A stretch of 64,000 nucleotides of DNA from an uncultured virus (IMG/VR IMGVR_UViG_3300021399_000142) (Duplodnaviria > Heunggongvirae > Uroviricota > Caudoviricetes): the IMG/VR virus record IMGVR_UViG_3300021399_000142, one strand, 5' to 3'. Of the stretch, positions 1 through 9,286 are shown one piece after another. The translations under genes and the position numbers were made by a program. The notes under the pieces were generated by a model. It saw only the letters and a list, made by a program, of their open reading frames with translations. It did no database searches and had not been told where the DNA came from. The number at the start of each line of letters is the position of its first letter. Position 1 is the first letter of the stretch.

Positions 1-16
1 GAAAGGAAAAAGAAAT

Positions 17-982
17 ATGAGAAAGACAGTAAACAAGGAAAGAATTGAAGGAAGACTTTATGACATTAGTCAGCTTGCACTTAAGACAGTGCAGAATACT
101 GACTCAAAGCATTTTGGCGAAGATTTTATTGGTGGATCGATTGATATTGCTACTGATGAAGACTGCCTTAATATCGTAACAGTTCATTTTACTTTTGTTC
201 AGGCGACTTATAGTTCAGGTAAGCCTAATAACACTTTCGGTGTTCTTAAGAATCTTATCGAAAATGGAAAAACAGTTCTTGCAGACGGCAAGGATAATGC
301 TTCATTAGTTCGTATTGATGCATCACTTGGATTAAATGATTTCTATACTTCAAGAAATGGAGAGGAAACTCTTGTAAGTGCGAAGAGAAACATGGGAAGC
401 TTTGTAAATAGCGTTACTAGACTTGCTGAGGAAGATGCTCGTAATACATTTGAATGTGATATGCTTATCAATGGTACTAGATATGTTGACGCAAATCCAG
501 AGAGAAACATCTCAGAGGATTACCTTGTGGTTAAGGGCGCAGTATTTGATTTCCGTGGCTCACTTCTTCCTGTAGAATTTGTTGTTCATAACAAGGGTGG
601 AATTAACTATTTCGAATCACTTGACGCTTCTCCTCAGAATCTTGTATTTACAAAGGTATGGGGAAAGATTAATAGTGAAACTATTGTAGATAGACGTGAA
701 GAGGAATCTGCATTTGGTGAGCCTGCTGTTAAGGAATTTAACAGAACTGTTCGTGAGTGGGTTATTACTGGTACTTCTAAACCAGATGCAGTTTATGAAA
801 TTGGCAATAGCGAGAATGGTATCACCGCTGAAGAAATTAAGAAAGCTAATGCTGATAGAGAAGTTTACCTTGCTGGTGTTAAGAAGAGATCTGATGAATA
901 TCAGGCTTCTAGGAATAGCGGTAATACAGGCAGCTCTGCAATTGTAACAGCTCCTGCAGCACAGGGCGGATTTAATTTCTAG
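17..982 (+). CDS. Putative phage single-stranded DNA-binding protein
   Basis: 321-aa ORF with GAAAGGA RBS. Low-complexity flexible tail ending in an aromatic residue (GGFNF). Adjacent to a Sak4-like ATPase, a common pairing. Confidence 0.5.
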   Translation: MRKTVNKERIEGRLYDISQLALKTVQNTDSKHFGEDFIGGSIDIATDEDCLNIVTVHFTFVQATYSSGKPNNTFGVLKNLIENGKTVLADGKDNASLVRIDASLGLNDFYTSRNGEETLVSAKRNMGSFVNSVTRLAEEDARNTFECDMLINGTRYVDANPERNISEDYLVVKGAVFDFRGSLLPVEFVVHNKGGINYFESLDASPQNLVFTKVWGKINSETIVDRREEESAFGEPAVKEFNRTVREWVITGTSKPDAVYEIGNSENGITAEEIKKANADREVYLAGVKKRSDEYQASRNSGNTGSSAIVTAPAAQGGFNF

Positions 983-1000
983 TAAAAAGAAAGTAAATCC

Positions 1001-1034
1001 AGTGGGAAGCTATTAAATAGCTTCCCATTTATTT
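1001..1034 (+). terminator. Rho-independent terminator
   Basis: TGGGAAGCTATT/AATAGCTTCCCA inverted repeat followed by TTTATTT. Confidence 0.75.
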
Positions 1035-1182
1035 CATCTTAATGTTGTACTTGTTCTTCGAGTTCAAAGAAGAATTTAGGTGCTCGGGGCGAAAACATTC
1101 GAATAAGTAAAACTAAAAGTGAGTTTGGATTTTTTAAAAGCAAATTTTAAGGATAAAGATTTTTATATAAAGGAGATTACAA

Positions 1183-2211
1183 ATGGGTTCTATTGATATT
1201 TTTGGAGTACAGCCACATCAGGTTAGTAGAGATATGAGAGGATATTCAGTCTTTCTTTATGGTGGATGGAAAACTGGCAAGACTACTACGGCAGTAAAGT
1301 TTCCTAAGCACTTTCTTTTAGCATTTGAAAAAGGCTACTCTGCGATTCCAGGTGCTATGGCGCAGCCAATTAATAGTTGGTCTGAGTTTAGACAAGTTCT
1401 TCGTCAGTTAAAGGATGAGCGTGCTAAGGAAATGTTTGAAACGATTATTATTGATACAGCGGATATTGCTTATGATTACTGTACTAAATATATTTGTGCA
1501 AATAACAATGCAGATACAGTAAGTGACATTCCATTTGGAAAAGGATATGGGCTTATTGAGAAAGAATTTGATGAATGTCTAAGACAGATCGTTCAGATGG
1601 GATATGGTCTTGTAGTAATTTCCCATGAAACAGACAAGTCATTTACCGATGAAAGCGGAAAGCAGTATAATAAAATCGTTCCTACATTAGACAAGAGAGC
1701 GAATAATGTATTAGCAAGAATGTGTGATATTATCATGTATACTCGCTCTGTTACCGATGAAGCTGGAAACGAAAAAGTTGTAGGTTTTATGCGTGGAACT
1801 TCTCGCTACGAAGCTGGTTCCCGTTTTAAGTATACACCAGATTACATTGATTTAAGCTATGATAACCTAGTTAAGGCTATTGGTGATGCTCTAGATAAGC
1901 AGATGGCGGAAGACGGAGCAGATCTCTTTACAGACAAGAGAGAAAATGTTCATATTGATACAACTTCTAATCTTGATTTTGACGAGTTAATGAAAGAATT
2001 TGGTAATATTATTGCAAATATTCCTGGTTCTTCTGACGGAAAAGCTGAAACTGAAGAGGGTGTTAAGTTCAGAGACTTCTGGCAGCCACGTATCACTCAG
2101 ATTATTGAGCATTATTTGGGTAAGGGGCATAAGATGAAGGATGCTACTCGTGACCAGGTTGAGGCTATCGACCTTATCGTAACAGAGTTAAAAGATATTA
2201 CAAAAGGTTAA
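1183..2211 (+). CDS. AAA_24 / Sak4-like P-loop ATPase (recombination/annealing protein)
   Basis: Walker A YGGWKTGKTT, Walker B TIIIDT, VVISH motif; next to the SSB-like gene. Confidence 0.75.
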   Translation: MGSIDIFGVQPHQVSRDMRGYSVFLYGGWKTGKTTTAVKFPKHFLLAFEKGYSAIPGAMAQPINSWSEFRQVLRQLKDERAKEMFETIIIDTADIAYDYCTKYICANNNADTVSDIPFGKGYGLIEKEFDECLRQIVQMGYGLVVISHETDKSFTDESGKQYNKIVPTLDKRANNVLARMCDIIMYTRSVTDEAGNEKVVGFMRGTSRYEAGSRFKYTPDYIDLSYDNLVKAIGDALDKQMAEDGADLFTDKRENVHIDTTSNLDFDELMKEFGNIIANIPGSSDGKAETEEGVKFRDFWQPRITQIIEHYLGKGHKMKDATRDQVEAIDLIVTELKDITKG

Positions 2212-2228
2212 ATATATATAGCTGCTTT

Positions 2229-2260
2229 AGGAGTGGGTCGAGGACCCACTCCTTATTTTT
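2229..2260 (+). terminator. Rho-independent terminator
   Basis: AGGAGTGGGTC-GAG-GACCCACTCCT hairpin followed by TATTTTT. Confidence 0.8.
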
Positions 2261-2287
2261 GACTTTTCATAAAAATTATGATATAAT
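2259..2287 (+). promoter_or_regulatory. sigmaA-type promoter with extended -10
   Basis: TTGACT-17 bp-TATAAT with TG at -15/-14. Confidence 0.8.
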
Positions 2288-2326
2288 ATATATAGAAAAA
2301 TATTAAAGAGAGGACAGTGGACTTAT

Positions 2327-2830
2327 ATGCATTATGTTATATGTAAAGTATGCGGAAAACGCTTCGATAGAGACGTCGTTCAAGCAGTAAAAGCCAGCGC
2401 CCGCAGATATGCACATCAAACTTGTCTCCCGACTGGGGAAATAGTTCCCCTTCCTCAGGTAGATTCTGATTTAGTTAAGCTCGAAGAATATATTGAGAAA
2501 CTTCTAGGAAAAGAATATAATCGAGCAAGAGTTAAGAAACAAATTAAAGATTTTATCGAAGAAAATCATTATAGTTATTCAGGCATTTTAAAATCTTTGG
2601 TGTATTTTTATGAAATTAAAGGCAACTCCATAGAAAAAGCGAATGGCGGAATTGGTATTGTTCCTTTTGTTTACAATCAAGCCCGTGATTATTATTATTC
2701 CTTATGGGTGGCCCAACAGCAGAACCAAGATAAAGTATTCGAGAATAAAGAAAAAGAAGTTATTATAAAAGAACCTCGTAAAAAAGGTTTATTTAAAAAA
2801 TTTTTTAGTTTAGGAGATGAAGATGAGTAA
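2327..2830 (+). CDS. Zinc-finger replication protein (possible helicase loader)
   Basis: N-terminal CxxC...HxxC; overlaps the start of the DnaB-like helicase. Confidence 0.45.
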   Translation: MHYVICKVCGKRFDRDVVQAVKASARRYAHQTCLPTGEIVPLPQVDSDLVKLEEYIEKLLGKEYNRARVKKQIKDFIEENHYSYSGILKSLVYFYEIKGNSIEKANGGIGIVPFVYNQARDYYYSLWVAQQQNQDKVFENKEKEVIIKEPRKKGLFKKFFSLGDEDE

Positions 2831-4361
2831 TAGACAAGCATACATAGATATTCCTTCAGTAGTTCAAATAATTGGAAACATATATAAAAATCCTAGTCTC
2901 TTATCGAATGATGATAAATATAAATTTAAAGAAGAAGATTTTCCATCTTCTTTTCAAAGGATAATTTTTGGTTGCCTATATAATTTGTATCAGATGGGTG
3001 CGAAGGAGTTTAGCTTAGAGGCGGTGAATGATTATTTATCAAGCAGACCAAAAGCACAAGCCGAGTATAAGGTAAATAAAGGGGATGAATATCTTCTTAA
3101 ATGTGCTGAGTTAGCGAACCCCGCAACAATGAACTATTATTATAATAGATTAAAGAAGATGACTTTGTTAAGAGCATATGCAGATTTAGGGATGGACTTA
3201 ACTTGGTTATATGACCCAGATAATATACTTGATAGCAAGAAAAAGCAAAAACAAGAAGACTATCTTGATAAAGCAACTCTTGATGAGATTGCAACTTTGA
3301 TTGATGATAAAATTGATGCAATTAAAATGCAATATGTTGAACAGACTGAAACATCGGGCGCTAAGTTAGGAGACGGAATAGAAGAACTCTTAACTTCATT
3401 AGAAGAATCTCCTGCATATGGATATCCTTTTTATACAAAGTATATGAATTTAATAACCCGCGGCGCGCGACTAGGGACTTTTTATTTGCGTTCAGCTCCA
3501 TCTGGAGTGGGTAAAAGTAGATCGATGGTAGCCGACTGTTGTTATTGGGGTTGCGATCAAATGTGGGATATTCGTACAAATAAATGGGTGACAATCGGTC
3601 TTCCGCAGCCTACATTATATATTGCGACAGAGCAAGATATTGATGAAATTACTACTATGGCATTATCTTTCATTTCTGGTGTTGATGAGGATCATATTCT
3701 AAAGAATGAATATTTTAGTGGTGAAAGAGAGCGTATAGCGAAAGCCGCTCAAATACTAAAAAATGGTAAAGTTTATTTTGAGTGTATTCCTAACTTTGGG
3801 ATTAATGACATAGAGAATGTTATTAAAATGCACATTAGAGAGCATCAAATTTTATATTGTGCTTTTGATTATATCCATTCAAGTGCAAAAATATTAACCG
3901 AAGTAGGCGGAAAGTCAGGAGTTAAAAATCTTCGTGAAGATAATGTTTTATTTTTATTATCTTCCGCATTGAAAGAATTAACTGTAAAATATGGAATTTT
4001 TATTTTATCATCAACACAGTTAAATGCTTCATATCACGATTCAGATACCCCAGATGAGTCTTTACTTCGTGGTTCTAAAGCTATAGCAGACAGACTAGAT
4101 ATGGGTTGTATTATGTTAGATGTAACCCCACAAGACAAAGAAAAACTTGAGCCTTTTGTTAAAAAAAATAATTTACAGATGCCTAATATGAAATTAAGTA
4201 TCTATAAAAATAGAGGTAACAAATATAGAGCTTGTTATTTATGGCTTAATGCTAATAAAGGATGTTGTCGTTTTGAAGGCTCTTTTTTAACAAATTGGAA
4301 TTTTGAATATATTGAAGCAGAGGATATTAAAATCCATGTTGAAGAGTCATCTGCCTTCTGA
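2823..4361 (+). CDS. DnaB-like (SF4) replicative helicase
   Basis: Walker A APSGVGKS, YIATEQ, AFDYIH, STQLN, LRGSKAIAD and YKNR motifs. Start placed at ATG 2823 after AGGAG. Confidence 0.85.
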   Translation: MSNRQAYIDIPSVVQIIGNIYKNPSLLSNDDKYKFKEEDFPSSFQRIIFGCLYNLYQMGAKEFSLEAVNDYLSSRPKAQAEYKVNKGDEYLLKCAELANPATMNYYYNRLKKMTLLRAYADLGMDLTWLYDPDNILDSKKKQKQEDYLDKATLDEIATLIDDKIDAIKMQYVEQTETSGAKLGDGIEELLTSLEESPAYGYPFYTKYMNLITRGARLGTFYLRSAPSGVGKSRSMVADCCYWGCDQMWDIRTNKWVTIGLPQPTLYIATEQDIDEITTMALSFISGVDEDHILKNEYFSGERERIAKAAQILKNGKVYFECIPNFGINDIENVIKMHIREHQILYCAFDYIHSSAKILTEVGGKSGVKNLREDNVLFLLSSALKELTVKYGIFILSSTQLNASYHDSDTPDESLLRGSKAIADRLDMGCIMLDVTPQDKEKLEPFVKKNNLQMPNMKLSIYKNRGNKYRACYLWLNANKGCCRFEGSFLTNWNFEYIEAEDIKIHVEESSAF

Positions 4362-4380
4362 TTAAATAAAGGAGATAAAA

Positions 4381-4827
4381 ATGATATATAAAGAAGAAAA
4401 TAGAGATTTGTTTACAGTACCATCAGACTATTGTTTAGCTCATTGTATTAGTGCAGATTTTGGTATGGGTAAAGGAATTGTTGTTGAATTTAATAAACGA
4501 TTTGATATGAAAAATAAAATTATTCAACTTTGTCATGGCGATATAGTTAAAGATTGGGATAATTCAGAAATTAAAGGAAGATGTATAAAGATAGACAGAG
4601 TATTTAATCTTATTACAAAAAGAAATTATTGGGGAAAACCAACATATTCAACATTGAATGAAGCTCTGCAAGATATGAAAGTCATTGCAATTAAAAATAA
4701 TATAACTAAAATAGCGATGCCTATAATTGGATGTGGCTTGGATAGATTGAATTGGGAACAAGTATCTAAAAATATTCAAAATATTTTTAGTGATACAGAT
4801 ATTGAAATTTTAGTTTGTAAGGTATGA
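4381..4827 (+). CDS. Macrodomain protein (TARG1/Poa1p-like ADP-ribose hydrolase)
   Basis: DLF...LAHCISADFGMGKGI, NLITK and MPIIGCGLDRLNW signature motifs. Confidence 0.85.
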   Translation: MIYKEENRDLFTVPSDYCLAHCISADFGMGKGIVVEFNKRFDMKNKIIQLCHGDIVKDWDNSEIKGRCIKIDRVFNLITKRNYWGKPTYSTLNEALQDMKVIAIKNNITKIAMPIIGCGLDRLNWEQVSKNIQNIFSDTDIEILVCKV

Positions 4828-5957
4828 ATATGGATAATTTACAACTTTATGATTATAATCTTCAAGAGATAAAGGAAAATCTTTCTCTTGAAGACATAGC
4901 ACAAATATTAGATGAATATAATGCAGAACCAGAAATCAAAGAAAATATGATTATTGCAAGAACAATAGACCATAATTATTTAGATGATAGTTCTGCTAGT
5001 AGAAAATTGTATTATTATGACAACTCTCATTTATTTATGTCTTGGACAGGCGGAAATGATGCCTTTGATATTTTTCAATTAGTTTTAATTGTGGAAAATA
5101 GAGAGCATAATGCTGAATGGGAATTGCCTCAAGCTGTTGCTTTTGTTGCACAGAAATTTGGATATGCAGCAAACAATAGAAAAGAAACTCTTCAGCTCAA
5201 AAATCTAGAAGAATTTAAACTGTTACACAATTATGAAAGAATTAAAGAAATTAAACCTAGTACTCAAGAAATTCAACTAAAAGAGTATGATGGTAGTTTC
5301 TTAAAGAATTTACCGCATCCTCTTATCGTAGACTGGTTAAATGACAACATTACTGAGGATGAAATGGTCAGACATGAGATATGCTATGATCCAAAGAATC
5401 AGGGTATAGTTATTCCGCATAGAGATGCGGAAGGTCGCCTTATAGGCATCAGAGAACGAACTCTTATTCAAGAAAATGCTGAATTGTATGGCAAATATAT
5501 GCCTGCCCGTATAGGTGGTAAGATGTATAATCATCCGCTTTCATTTTCACTCTATAATCTTTATTATAGCAAAGAGAATATTAAAAGGGTTAAAAGAGCA
5601 TTTGTATTCGAGTCTGAAAAGGCAACGATGCAGTATGCAAGTATGTTTGGGGCGGAAAATGATATTTCAGTCGCGATTTGTGGATCTTCGTTCTTAGCAT
5701 ATCAAGCTTGGTTATTAATTAACCTAGGAGTAGAAGAAATTATTGTAGGTCTTGATAAACAGTTTAAAGAAAAAAGTGATAATGAATTTAAAAAATTGAC
5801 TAAAAATTTAACGAATATTCATCACAAATACGGAAATTATGCAAAAATTAGTTTTATGTTCGATAAGACTGATATATTAAGATATAAATCTAGTCCTACG
5901 GACGAAGGTGTAGAAAAGTTTATGTATCTTTATAAAAATAGAATTTGTTTGTATTAA
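4824..5957 (+). CDS. DNA primase (TOPRIM domain)
   Basis: IVIPHRD..GRLIGIRER, FVFESEK, ICGS and IVGLDK TOPRIM motifs; syntenic with the helicase. Confidence 0.8.
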   Translation: MNMDNLQLYDYNLQEIKENLSLEDIAQILDEYNAEPEIKENMIIARTIDHNYLDDSSASRKLYYYDNSHLFMSWTGGNDAFDIFQLVLIVENREHNAEWELPQAVAFVAQKFGYAANNRKETLQLKNLEEFKLLHNYERIKEIKPSTQEIQLKEYDGSFLKNLPHPLIVDWLNDNITEDEMVRHEICYDPKNQGIVIPHRDAEGRLIGIRERTLIQENAELYGKYMPARIGGKMYNHPLSFSLYNLYYSKENIKRVKRAFVFESEKATMQYASMFGAENDISVAICGSSFLAYQAWLLINLGVEEIIVGLDKQFKEKSDNEFKKLTKNLTNIHHKYGNYAKISFMFDKTDILRYKSSPTDEGVEKFMYLYKNRICLY

Positions 5958-5969
5958 GGAGGGGTTAAT

Positions 5970-6149
5970 ATGATTAAAATAATTAAAAAGGGAACAAAAC
6001 AAGTAAAAGAATGTGAAGATTGTGGATGTGTATTTTCTTTTGATGAAGAAGATATTGAAAAAATAAATTATAGTTCCCATCCAGGATATAAAAGGATAAT
6101 TCGATGTCCACAATGTGAAACAGTAATAATTTTGGAGGCTACTAGATGA
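5970..6149 (+). CDS. Small zinc-ribbon protein (59 aa, not in ORF track)
   Basis: AAGGAGG RBS; MIKIIKKGTKQVKECEDCGCVFSF...RCPQC; stop overlaps the recJ ATG. Confidence 0.7.
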   Translation: MIKIIKKGTKQVKECEDCGCVFSFDEEDIEKINYSSHPGYKRIIRCPQCETVIILEATR

Positions 6150-7897
6150 AATTTGAATTAATAAATCAACCAGATGATGGTTTAACTGCAACACAACAAT
6201 TATTCATAAATAGAGGATTACAGTTAAATGAAATAGAACATTATATGAATTTAACTGATGATGATATAAATTCGCCTTTACTATTAGGAGAAGAAAAATT
6301 AAAAGAAATTGCGGGAATCGTTACTTCAATGGTGCCGAGTGGTCAGAACCTTGCCGTAATAGTCGACGCAGATGCAGATGGATACACTAGTTCGGCGACG
6401 CTGTTGAACTGGTTTTATTATTCATATCCCGAGTGGACTAAAGAGCATGCATTTTATTATTTACATGATGGAAAAACTCATGGATTAACCCCTGGAGCTA
6501 TGTCTTTTATTCGAGATATAGAGGCTGATGTTGTATTCATTCCAGACGCCGGAAGTAATGATCTAGAGCAGATAGAACAGTTATATAATGATAACAGAAA
6601 AATAGTTGTGCTGGATCATCATATTATCGAAGATGGTTGTAGTCCTTATGCTATTACTATTAATAGTCAAATTGATGATTACCCAAATAAAGAACTTACT
6701 GGTGCGGGTGTAACTTGGCAAACGTGTAGATACTTAGATTCAGTTAATGGGACTAACTATGCTGAGAAGTTAGTAGATTTGGTAGCCACTGGACAAATCG
6801 CAGATATGGCTCAACTCTCTTCGACAGAGACCCGCCGCATCATAACAAAAGGACTGATACCAGACAATATTATTAATCCATATCTTTTTGAAATGTGGGA
6901 AAAGAATAAATTTAAATTGGGTGATAAACCAACCGATTGGGGATGGACTTTTTATGTATGTCCTATGATTAATGCCATCACTCGCTCCGGAACAATAGAA
7001 GAGAAGACTCTAATCTTTGAGTCTATGCTCTTGTTTAAAGCATTTGAAAAAATACCTTCTACTAAAAGAGGACATAAACCAGGAGAGATGGAAAGATTGG
7101 TAGACCAGGCAGTAAGAACTTCTACCAACGTTAAAAATCGCCAAACTCGAAGCGAAAAGGCGGGAATGGATAAGCTTGAAAGTCTTATTAAAGAAAATGA
7201 TATGCTTAAGCATAAAGTGTTATTATTTACTATTAATCCTTCAGATATAGAACCTGCGATCCGTGGACTGGTTGCAAACAAAATTATGGCTAAGTATCAG
7301 AGGTGTTGTGCTGTACTTAGTGATGATGGTGAGAATTGTGCGGGAAGTATGCGAGGTTGCGGTTTAACAGGTATTATGGACTTCAAGAGTATCTGTGAAG
7401 CAAGTGGTGTAATAAACTGGGCCAGAGGGCATGAAAACGCAGCTGGTTTAAGCATCCCAACGGCCAACATAAAGAAGTTCTTGGAGAAAACTGATGAACT
7501 TTTAGCGGGAACTGCAGAAGAAGCTATATATAGAGTAGACTATATATGGGATTCCGAAAAGGTTGATTCAGCTAAAATATTAGATATTGCAGATTTTGAT
7601 CCATATATTGGACAAGGATTTTCAGAACCTCTTGTTGCTATTAAGAATATTCATATAACAAAGAATGATTTAACAATGATGAAATCAAATACTGTTAAGA
7701 TAATGACACGAGCAGGAGTTCCTATTATCTGTTTTTCTATGCCTGATGAAGAGTATGAGAAACTATACTCAGAGAATGGTGAAGTTGTAATCAATTTAAT
7801 TGGAACTGCGAATAAGAATGAATGGAATGGGAATGTTTCTGCACAGATCCTGATGAAGGATTATGAAATTGTAAAACAGTGTGCTTATGTTTTTTAA
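6146..7897 (+). CDS. recJ: RecJ-like ssDNA-specific exonuclease (DHH/DHHA1)
   Basis: DADADG, PDAG, LDHH, GQIAD and GHENAAG motifs. Confidence 0.9.
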   Translation: MKFELINQPDDGLTATQQLFINRGLQLNEIEHYMNLTDDDINSPLLLGEEKLKEIAGIVTSMVPSGQNLAVIVDADADGYTSSATLLNWFYYSYPEWTKEHAFYYLHDGKTHGLTPGAMSFIRDIEADVVFIPDAGSNDLEQIEQLYNDNRKIVVLDHHIIEDGCSPYAITINSQIDDYPNKELTGAGVTWQTCRYLDSVNGTNYAEKLVDLVATGQIADMAQLSSTETRRIITKGLIPDNIINPYLFEMWEKNKFKLGDKPTDWGWTFYVCPMINAITRSGTIEEKTLIFESMLLFKAFEKIPSTKRGHKPGEMERLVDQAVRTSTNVKNRQTRSEKAGMDKLESLIKENDMLKHKVLLFTINPSDIEPAIRGLVANKIMAKYQRCCAVLSDDGENCAGSMRGCGLTGIMDFKSICEASGVINWARGHENAAGLSIPTANIKKFLEKTDELLAGTAEEAIYRVDYIWDSEKVDSAKILDIADFDPYIGQGFSEPLVAIKNIHITKNDLTMMKSNTVKIMTRAGVPIICFSMPDEEYEKLYSENGEVVINLIGTANKNEWNGNVSAQILMKDYEIVKQCAYVF

Positions 7898-7909
7898 GGA
7901 GGAAATAAT

Positions 7910-8062
7910 ATGGAACAAAAATTAGAATTTATAGATGATAAATTATATTGTTACACTCCTGTTCCTCAATATGGAGAAGAAATTTATAAAACTGATTTAG
8001 TTATGACAAAAGAAATTTTTGTTGCTTGTTATAATAAATGGATTAAAGAAGAGGAGAACTAA
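7910..8062 (+). CDS. Hypothetical protein (50 aa)
   Basis: AAGGAGG RBS; MEQKLEFIDDK...; fills the gap exactly. Confidence 0.6.
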   Translation: MEQKLEFIDDKLYCYTPVPQYGEEIYKTDLVMTKEIFVACYNKWIKEEEN

Positions 8063-8590
8063 ATGCCGTTAAATATTGGTTATTTACAAGCTAAAACAGA
8101 CAAAGCTTCAGATGAAGTATACACACCAGAGATTGCTGTTTTACCATTATTAAAATATATAGATAAATCAAAAACAGTTTGGTGTCCTTTTGATATAGAA
8201 GGACAAAGTAAATATATTGAAGTTTTTAAAAAGAATGGAATAAAAACAATAGCAAGTCATATAGACACAGGACAGAACTTCTTTGAATATGAGCCGGATG
8301 AAGAGTATGATTATATCATTTCTAATCCGCCTTTCAGTATTAAGGATATGATATTGAAGAGATTAGATGAATTAAATAAACCTTTTGCTATGTTACTTCC
8401 TTTGCCAACTTTACAAGGACAAAAGAGATTTGATTATTTAAAGAATTGTCAAGCATTAATCTTTGATAAAAGAATAAATTTTTATAAAGATAAAAAAATG
8501 AAACAAGTTCAGCAAGGAGTCTCATTTGCTAGCATTTATATTTGTAAAAATTTCTTACCAGAAAAATTAATTTTTGAAGAATTAAATTAA
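8063..8590 (+). CDS. Orphan N6-adenine DNA methyltransferase
   Basis: DEVYTP, VWCPFD, GQNFFEY and catalytic ISNPPFS motif. Confidence 0.8.
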   Translation: MPLNIGYLQAKTDKASDEVYTPEIAVLPLLKYIDKSKTVWCPFDIEGQSKYIEVFKKNGIKTIASHIDTGQNFFEYEPDEEYDYIISNPPFSIKDMILKRLDELNKPFAMLLPLPTLQGQKRFDYLKNCQALIFDKRINFYKDKKMKQVQQGVSFASIYICKNFLPEKLIFEELN

Positions 8591-8599
8591 TAATTTTAG

Positions 8600-8650
8600 G
8601 TGCGGGAACCAGCTTAAAGATACACGAGGCTGGCTCCCGCACATTTTATT
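8600..8650 (+). terminator. Rho-independent terminator
   Basis: GTGCGGGAACCAGC...GCTGGCTCCCGCAC stem followed by ATTTTATTTT. Confidence 0.7.
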
Positions 8651-8673
8651 TTTTAAAAAAAATATGTTATAAT
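8645..8673 (+). promoter_or_regulatory. sigmaA-type extended -10 promoter
   Basis: TTTATT-17 bp-TATAAT with TG; same A-tract spacer as the other copies. Confidence 0.6.
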
Positions 8674-8706
8674 AAATTATAAGAAAAAGTAAAGGAGTTA
8701 ATATAA

Positions 8707-8955
8707 ATGTTGAAATTTTATACTTTAGAAGAGCTAGAGCCAACTGAATGTGTTGATATATTAATAAAAACTAAATCTAGACGTATTCAAGCAGGAAAAG
8801 CTCAACCTTTTTATTATGTTGTTTGTCCTTATAAAAATACAGATAATAAATGGATTTTTGAAGAGGCTGTCGGTGAACAATACGCTTGTTGGACGGAAGA
8901 GGAAATTGAAGGTTGGTGTTCTTTAAATGATATTGAAAAAAATGAAATTTGGTAA
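8707..8955 (+). CDS. Hypothetical protein
   Basis: 82-aa ORF with AAGGAG RBS downstream of a promoter. Confidence 0.65.
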   Translation: MLKFYTLEELEPTECVDILIKTKSRRIQAGKAQPFYYVVCPYKNTDNKWIFEEAVGEQYACWTEEEIEGWCSLNDIEKNEIW

Positions 8956-9010
8956 TTATTAAACAAGAGAGAAGAAATAAAATTATAAGCGTGATTAAGG
9001 AGAAAATATT

Positions 9011-9286
9011 GTGTTAGATAAGAAGAATTTTTGTTTAATAGTAGACGCGATGAAGGAAAATTATGATAGAGGAAATCGAATTTATGACGATTTAAAGAAG
9101 TATAATATTTATATTGATAAGGAGAATCAGCCTCTTGATGTCATGTTAGAAAAGCTGATAAAAATAAATTTTAATAAATGGCAGAGTGATATTATTTTGA
9201 ATTACGCTTATCCTATTGAGAAAAGAGAAAATATATCTTCCGCAGATTTATATGATGAACTCGTTGGAACAGGAGATGAAAATTAA
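9011..9286 (+). CDS. Hypothetical protein
   Basis: GTG start with AAGGAG RBS; TAATG coupling to the helicase gene. Confidence 0.65.
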   Translation: MLDKKNFCLIVDAMKENYDRGNRIYDDLKKYNIYIDKENQPLDVMLEKLIKINFNKWQSDIILNYAYPIEKRENISSADLYDELVGTGDEN

